DNA of 64,000 bases from a candidate division WOR-3 bacterium (GTDB taxonomy: Bacteria; Hydrothermota; 32-111): NCBI GenBank assembly GCA_039804105.1, contig JBDRZU010000001.1, positions 544,001 through 608,000 of the forward strand, read 5' to 3'. Below, one piece after another: positions 57,866 to 64,000 of this stretch (the first letter of the stretch is position 1; each line of letters begins with the position of its first letter). The position numbers and the translations under genes were made by a program. Below the pieces are notes generated by a model. It was not told the DNA's origin. It was given only the letters and a program-made list of their open reading frames with translations, and searched no databases.

Positions 57866-60418
57866 AATTTTTTTCTTGATTCCTTTTATTGCAATATTAT
57901 CATCCTTTTCAATTTTTGAAACCTTTATAAGGTATTCTTTATATAATTTTATCAGATATTTAAAATTATCATTTGAAATCAGTTTATAAATCGTTATGTA
58001 TTCCTCATAATTTTTCAAATCACTTAAAAGTTGTATATACCTTAAAGTTGAAGAAAATTCTGATAGATAATTTGATATTGCCTGACGAACAACCCTATCT
58101 TCTTCTCGATCAATTTTTTTCACAAAAAGTTCAACCATATCGAATTTATGTTTTCTCAAGCATTCAAGAATCTCAACTTTTAATCTATAACTTCCTTTAT
58201 CGTAATGTTCGAGTAAAAATTTTAAATCAACTGTTGTATCAAGATTTCCAATAGCAAAAACTGAAAGTTCTTTAATTTTCTGATCTGGATAAGAAAGGTG
58301 TTCTTTCAATGTTTGGAATGATCTATTGCATTTCGCCTGTGAAAGTATATAGATTATATTTTTTTTGGTATTTTTGTCTTCTGTTCTGTTCAACTTTTCT
58401 ATCAGTTTTTCTTTTAAATTGTCTGAGCAATTTTTAAAGAGATAGTTCATCGCTTCAAGTTCAAGTCCGTCATCCGTCGAGATTTTTTTATCAAGAATGT
58501 ATTTTACCGATTCATTTTCCCGTTTTAAAAGAATTTTTCTTGCTTTTTCAACTTTATAAAAATTATCTCTGACAGCCCATTCAGATGAGATTTCAAATAT
58601 TTTTTCTATCGGTAAATCCTCTGAAACATAAAAAGTATCAGGTTCTTTCTTTTCCTCAATAAATCCAACATCAACACCAAAACCATAATATTTGTTTATC
58701 CAGCTGATTGAATCTTTATTCGATTGTTTTGAATAAAAATCTTTTCCTTCACAATCGATAAAGAGTCCAATACCTGAAAATCCTCTTGATTCATTTACAT
58801 CACCATTTGAAAGTTTTTCACTTGAAAAATAAGAGTCGTTTCCCTTTTTATCAAGAAATATCCCAACAGAGTTATTCAATCCAACACCCTGTCCTCCCGA
58901 AACTGTATAGTTATCATCTCCCTTCTGATCAACCAAAATTCCATAAGCGAAATCGTGTCCTTCTCCCTGTGATGGGCCATATCTTGAAAAGAACATATCA
59001 TCACCTGAATAATCAAACAAACCACCTACAGAAAGATGAATGCCTGATCCCTGTGCATATTGTGCTGAAGAGTAATAATCGTTTCCAGAAAAATCAAAGA
59101 GAAGTCCAACACTGTGCCAATAACTTCCACCCTGTCCAAAAACAGAGGAAAAATAATTATCATTACCCTGATAATCGACAAGAATTCCAACTCCTCCACA
59201 TGTTCTTGGCCTTAATCCAAAACCAAATCCCTGACTCATTGAAAGATAATCATTTTCAAGAAGCGGTTTATGTTTGAAAAATGTCCCTGAAATATATTGG
59301 TCATCACCTGAAGAATCAACGAGTATTCCAGTCCCTTTAACAAAACCGAATCCCTGTGAAAATGCTGAAGAGTAATAGATATCATTTCCAGATTTATCGA
59401 TCATTTCACCTCTTCCATAATAACCAGCCCCCTGTGAGAAAAATCCTGCTGAATAAAAATCATTGCCTCCACCATCATGAAGTTGTGAAAATCCTATAAA
59501 AGCAGAACCTTGTGAAAAGTTATATGTTTTATAAACATCGTTACCATTAATATCAAATACAAAACTGACACCATTTATAGCACCATAGGAAACTTTAAAA
59601 CTATCTGTTGATAGATATTGGTCATCTCCATCGAAATCTATGATAAATTTAACTCTTTTTGTATAAGGATAAACAACTCCACAACTGTTGAAATATTTAT
59701 CATCACCACCAAGATCTATGATGAAATCATATTCATCATAATATGAATTTGAATAAATATCACCTATAAACAATCTCCCATTTGAAAGAAAAGTATCAAC
59801 TGGATATATCTGGCCATTAACAAAAAGTTCAACTATTCTTCTTTTGAAATTCTCTGTTAAAATTTTTATCTTTTCAAATTCAGGATTTACCAGATAAGAA
59901 TAAGTTAAAATGGAATCGACCTTCAAAGAATTCGTATCAACATTTATTCCCAAAGATTGTTCGATTCTACCTTTATAAATATAAGAGAGTGATTCTTCAA
60001 AAAAAAGTAAAGGTATAAGTTGTAAAATTTCCTTGCTTTTTTCAACATTTATTTTTATTCTCTCTCTTAAAATTGAATTGACATCATTTGTATATTTTTC
60101 GATCAGTTCAAAATGGTTTGAAAACTTTTCATATTCATTTTTAAAATAACCATAATTTTGTAGGTTAACTATGGAATCAATATAAAACTCCCTTTTTTTC
60201 ACAAGAAGAAGAGGGTTGTTTAAAAGAGTATCGGCAATAGGCAGTTTAAATGAATCGTTAACAGAAAAATCTTTTTTGAAATTGAAATCTTTTTCCTCTA
60301 TACCGAAATTTCTACTTTTCTCAATTATGATTTTATAATCCTCTTCAGGAACTTTTGCAAAAATTGTTGAAAAACAAAAAAGTAAAAATAAAAATTTTTT
60401 TAAACTTCTAAAAAACAT
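57836..60418 (-). CDS. Exported protein with 12 DxxGxDxY repeats and a HEAT-like C-terminus
   Basis: Repeats from IIDLGGDDKY to FIDCEGKDFY alternating with SQG-x-G segments; helical C-terminal repeats. Confidence 0.75.
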   Translation of the reverse strand: MFFRSLKKFLFLLFCFSTIFAKVPEEDYKIIIEKSRNFGIEEKDFNFKKDFSVNDSFKLPIADTLLNNPLLLVKKREFYIDSIVNLQNYGYFKNEYEKFSNHFELIEKYTNDVNSILRERIKINVEKSKEILQLIPLLFFEESLSYIYKGRIEQSLGINVDTNSLKVDSILTYSYLVNPEFEKIKILTENFKRRIVELFVNGQIYPVDTFLSNGRLFIGDIYSNSYYDEYDFIIDLGGDDKYFNSCGVVYPYTKRVKFIIDFDGDDQYLSTDSFKVSYGAINGVSFVFDINGNDVYKTYNFSQGSAFIGFSQLHDGGGNDFYSAGFFSQGAGYYGRGEMIDKSGNDIYYSSAFSQGFGFVKGTGILVDSSGDDQYISGTFFKHKPLLENDYLSMSQGFGFGLRPRTCGGVGILVDYQGNDNYFSSVFGQGGSYWHSVGLLFDFSGNDYYSSAQYAQGSGIHLSVGGLFDYSGDDMFFSRYGPSQGEGHDFAYGILVDQKGDDNYTVSGGQGVGLNNSVGIFLDKKGNDSYFSSEKLSNGDVNESRGFSGIGLFIDCEGKDFYSKQSNKDSISWINKYYGFGVDVGFIEEKKEPDTFYVSEDLPIEKIFEISSEWAVRDNFYKVEKARKILLKRENESVKYILDKKISTDDGLELEAMNYLFKNCSDNLKEKLIEKLNRTEDKNTKKNIIYILSQAKCNRSFQTLKEHLSYPDQKIKELSVFAIGNLDTTVDLKFLLEHYDKGSYRLKVEILECLRKHKFDMVELFVKKIDREEDRVVRQAISNYLSEFSSTLRYIQLLSDLKNYEEYITIYKLISNDNFKYLIKLYKEYLIKVSKIEKDDNIAIKGIKKKILSLVEKNKN

Positions 60419-61023
60419 AAAATTTTTCCTTTTTTATATTTGAACTTTGCAGTTTTTTTTATTATTTTGTTACTAACTCCTAAAGATGGATGGTTGTTGA
60501 ACAAATCATTTTTTTGATATTCATATTCAAAACCATCTGAAACTATTTTTTCACTTTTTTCAGTAATAGAAAAAAAGGAAACTCGTTTACCTTTCATATT
60601 GAAAAAAGTGTATTCAGTGTTCGGTTTAATCAAAAATATATCCTCATCTTTTGTTAAAATATGAATGTTAAACTTTTCAAATTTTGAAATTAAAAGTAGA
60701 GATGCAAAAAAATGATCCTTTCTTGAACCAGAGACTCCCGTTGTATAAATGTTTTTAAAACCTTGATCAATAGCATAATTGATGGCAAGTTCAAGATCTA
60801 TAAAATCTTTTTTTATAGGGAATTTTTCTTTTTTAATAAAAGAAGGTATTCTTTTTTCATCTGTCGAATCAAAATCACCTATAACAATTTTTGGAACCAA
60901 CTCTTTGGGAAGTTTATCATATCCACCATCAGCAGCAATAATATATTTAAAACTTTTAATTATTTTTTCAGAGCATAATTCTTCACCATTAGCAACTATC
61001 AAAACTTCTTTTTCTGTAAACAT
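60400..61023 (-). CDS. thiN: Thiamine pyrophosphokinase
   Basis: IVANG, AADGG, GDFDS, KDFxD, GxRxDH and GVSN motifs. Confidence 0.9.
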   Translation of the reverse strand: MFTEKEVLIVANGEELCSEKIIKSFKYIIAADGGYDKLPKELVPKIVIGDFDSTDEKRIPSFIKKEKFPIKKDFIDLELAINYAIDQGFKNIYTTGVSGSRKDHFFASLLLISKFEKFNIHILTKDEDIFLIKPNTEYTFFNMKGKRVSFFSITEKSEKIVSDGFEYEYQKNDLFNNHPSLGVSNKIIKKTAKFKYKKGKILCFLEV

Positions 61024-61061
61024 TATTTTAATATACAACTCTATAAAATTTAAGTCAACAT

Positions 61062-61091
61062 AAAAAAGTGGGATGATATCTCATCCCACTT
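61062..61091 (-). terminator. Rho-independent terminator
   Basis: AAGTGGGATGA-N4-TCATCCCACTT followed by a T run on the minus strand. Confidence 0.85.
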
Positions 61092-61118
61092 AATTAAAAA
61101 ATGTTAAAAATCAATTAT

Positions 61119-63395
61119 TCACTTTGTAATGAACAAAAATTTTCCCTTTACAACATTTTTTGGTGTTTCAAGTTTAAAGAAATAGATATCAGAAGAAAAT
61201 TTTTCTTTTTTTAAATCAACAACGATCTCTTTATTTGTTCCATTGAAATCAAGAGTTTTTAAAACCCTTCCATTTTTATCATAAATTTTTAAGTTTATCT
61301 TTCCTTTTATCTGTTCAGAAAAAGTTGCATAGAATATATTTGAAGTTATAGTTGAAACTTTTGTTTTTAGATCGATCGTTTCTGTTTTTGAAATTTCTTC
61401 AATATTTGTCAATTCACTTGCCTTAAAAAGGTTATGTAAAAGTTCAACATAATCACCTGATAATATACCATTCATAACAGACCAATCAGAAGGGAACATA
61501 TTGAGGCCTATCACTCCACCAGCAGGTTGAGGAAGATTTCTATAACCCAAAAGCCATTCTCCATCGTCCCATCTTGCTACACTATCAGCACCTGTATTTA
61601 AAATCAAATAATCTCTGAATTCATCTCTCAAAGTTGTAACATTATTCATAAAAGGATGTCCTGCAACAAAATTCCCAAGGTTTGCAAAACTATAATGATT
61701 ATTACCATCCAGACTTCTAAATGGATTTATAAGTGAATCCATTATTCCACCTTCAAGATTGTTCCCATTATAATACCATGAAAAACCTCCTGTAATAACC
61801 CATTTACCTGAGTTTACAAATGAAAGAAGTGTATCCCCTATTGCTATTTTATCTAAATAATTATTGTCGGGATATGTGACAACCATATCATAAAATGATA
61901 GATCGTTACTGTTTGGCAAGTAAATTGCTGCATTCATATAATCAATATTTCCGAAATCTGGAAACTCTTCTATCTGCTTTATTATTTTTGGTGAATTCTC
62001 ATCAGCAACAGCCCAAAGTATATTAGGGTAATTACCATAAACCCAATACATATCAACATTTTCTAATATTTTTGATAATAAATTATAATATGCATATTCA
62101 ATAGGCATTGTGGTTGCTATTATTCCTCCCTTATTTTGTCTTGAAATTAAAAGTAGAGTATCTATTGAATCCGCAGATAACAAAACAACATAAGAGTTTT
62201 CTGGTAAATTTATCAGTCCTCCATGAGAAACAGAATTCCAATTAACAAGTGTTGTTGAATCTTCCTTAGAAAACTCATTTAAAAGAGGGTGCCAACCATT
62301 TAATATTGCTACTGAATCAGTAGATCTTGAAGCCATCGTAAATCCAAAAGGCATCTCAATTCCACTCCAATCATAAGAACTATAGGTTGCTCCATTTATC
62401 TGTAATATACCTCCGCTGTTAACCCAATCTTCATATTTTATTTTATTGTTTGAAATCGCTTCATAAAAACTTCTTTCTTGTTGTGATGCAAAAATGCATT
62501 TTTGAAATCTTGAAAGATCAACAAGACCAATTTCACTTTCATTGAAATGATGAAAAGCTATATTGTACTTATAGAATATATCTTCATTAGATACAGAACC
62601 CCATGGAGCATGGTTTTCAAAATATGCAACTCTTGTTTTGGCAAATCCAAGATCAAATCTGTAAGCACTGGTTCCATAATATGTGCTAATCCAGAGATCA
62701 TTTCCATCAAATGCAACACCTTCTCCATAATTTGACATCTCTGGGTTAGGGAAACTATCAAGAATAACGGGTGGATCAACAGAAATATCAAGTTGTTTTA
62801 TATACTCTGAAATATTATCAAGAACCCATAGGGTCGAATCTTTTTCGCAATAAGCCATATCCATTGGCCATCCGATAACAGATGAAATATGTATTGTATC
62901 AATAATGTTAATCAATGTATCAGTCACAAAAATATAACCAGCAGTTGATGCAATATAAAGATTTTTCCCATCAGAAGTAACACCTCTTGTATTTACTCCA
63001 CCAGGAGAAATAAAAGTAGTAACAGGTATTCCATTTTTTGTAATTTTGCGAATAGTTCCATTCGTCCAATCTGAAATGTATAATCTTTCTCCAACTATTC
63101 CTATTCCAAATATGTATCCAGTAGTTGGCATCGTAAAGGAATCGATTATTCCATAAACATAATCAATTCTATAAACATTTCCAGGATTGGAATAGGTGTT
63201 CACTAAATAAAAATATCTTCCATCAAACTCAAGTCCATTTGAATTTGTCCTATTAAAATTCAAAGTATCTATTATAGTATTATCTATTCTAATACTTTTT
63301 ATATTAACATTTTCACTGTTTGCACCTGTTGGATCAAATGGGAAAAGATAAATGAACAAAGTTAATATTAAAAAGAAAAGTACTAATTTTTTCAC
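61119..63395 (-). CDS. Secreted beta-propeller protein with T9SS-like CTD
   Basis: Signal peptide; GLEFDG, GVTSDG and GVAFDG..LW blades; CTD IYDKNGR...DIYF; GTG start with GGAGG RBS. Confidence 0.75.
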   Translation of the reverse strand: MKKLVLFFLILTLFIYLFPFDPTGANSENVNIKSIRIDNTIIDTLNFNRTNSNGLEFDGRYFYLVNTYSNPGNVYRIDYVYGIIDSFTMPTTGYIFGIGIVGERLYISDWTNGTIRKITKNGIPVTTFISPGGVNTRGVTSDGKNLYIASTAGYIFVTDTLINIIDTIHISSVIGWPMDMAYCEKDSTLWVLDNISEYIKQLDISVDPPVILDSFPNPEMSNYGEGVAFDGNDLWISTYYGTSAYRFDLGFAKTRVAYFENHAPWGSVSNEDIFYKYNIAFHHFNESEIGLVDLSRFQKCIFASQQERSFYEAISNNKIKYEDWVNSGGILQINGATYSSYDWSGIEMPFGFTMASRSTDSVAILNGWHPLLNEFSKEDSTTLVNWNSVSHGGLINLPENSYVVLLSADSIDTLLLISRQNKGGIIATTMPIEYAYYNLLSKILENVDMYWVYGNYPNILWAVADENSPKIIKQIEEFPDFGNIDYMNAAIYLPNSNDLSFYDMVVTYPDNNYLDKIAIGDTLLSFVNSGKWVITGGFSWYYNGNNLEGGIMDSLINPFRSLDGNNHYSFANLGNFVAGHPFMNNVTTLRDEFRDYLILNTGADSVARWDDGEWLLGYRNLPQPAGGVIGLNMFPSDWSVMNGILSGDYVELLHNLFKASELTNIEEISKTETIDLKTKVSTITSNIFYATFSEQIKGKINLKIYDKNGRVLKTLDFNGTNKEIVVDLKKEKFSSDIYFFKLETPKNVVKGKFLFITK

Positions 63396-63455
63396 TTTCC
63401 CTCCTTTTAAGTTTAAATTTATTATAAACCTTTAAATAAATATTTCAACAAAAAT

Positions 63456-64000
63456 CTATTCAAACTCAACAACAGTCACTCCATCTCCTCCCTCTTCGAT
63501 TGGAGCAGGATAAAATTTTTTTATAAATTTTAATTTTTTTAAAAACTCTCTTATGTTTTCCTTTAAAATCCCTTTTCCATGACCATGTATGATTCTCACT
63601 CTTTTGAGCCCTGCAACAGATGCTTTTAGAATGTAATTTTCAACCTCTTCCAAAGCTTCATCAACAAACTTACCTCTCAAATCCAACTCATCCGATATTT
63701 CTTCTCCTATGTAAAAATTTTTTTCAACACCATCCTTTCTTTCAATCCTTTTAATTATACTTTCTATATTAGTTTTTAAAATAACTCCATTCACATCAAG
63801 AGTCACTTTGTCTTTCTCTATTTTTTTTACAAAACCTTCAACTTTATCTTTCAGTTGAACAAAATCTCCAATTTTAATTTTAAGATTTTTTTCAATGTAA
63901 GGTTTATAATCATCTTCTTTCAAAATAACTTTTTCTTCCAATAATTTTCTGAAATCTTTTATGATATTTTTATTTTCACCCTTATCTTTTTTATTATACA
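63456..64000 (-). CDS. mutS2: MutS2 C-terminal KOW + Smr domains (5'-partial)
   Basis: KIGDFV KOW-like motif, ELDLRG, IIHGxGxG and GGDGVT; frame open to the window edge. Confidence 0.8.
   Translation of the reverse strand, partial: YNKKDKGENKNIIKDFRKLLEEKVILKEDDYKPYIEKNLKIKIGDFVQLKDKVEGFVKKIEKDKVTLDVNGVILKTNIESIIKRIERKDGVEKNFYIGEEISDELDLRGKFVDEALEEVENYILKASVAGLKRVRIIHGHGKGILKENIREFLKKLKFIKKFYPAPIEEGGDGVTVVEFE

Noticed and set aside
61024..61118. TPP riboswitch upstream of thiN
   Set aside because: The region holds only a terminator and a promoter abutting the ATG.

Overview
Gene-dense, AT-rich chromosomal segment from an anaerobic, amino-acid-fermenting Gram-negative bacterium. Five secreted proteins carry T9SS-like C-terminal sorting domains, which suggests an FCB-related lineage such as TA06/WOR-3 (inference). 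No mobile element or CRISPR array is visible. The main candidate system is a 14-kb glutamate dehydrogenase locus (2.3-16.5 kb). It has two divergent, intact gdh genes with NAD-type and NADP-type cofactor motifs that share an 80-bp near-identical inverted tract. It also has a sigma-54 operon encoding a double Cys4-motif small protein and two catalytically dead GDH-fold proteins, an adjacent kinase/NtrC-type pair, NfnAB, and a receiver-PPDK_N protein. Other highlights: a (TC)18 microsatellite holding a surface-protein gene out of frame, a hybrid kinase split at an A7 run, a cyclase-NTPase-TPR gene whose RBS abuts a CCA-less tRNA-Leu, an arcE-like/arcC/ndk/ackA ATP-yielding operon with a probable CTG start, and several apparently leaderless genes. 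Family calls come from motif recognition by eye; no database searches were run.
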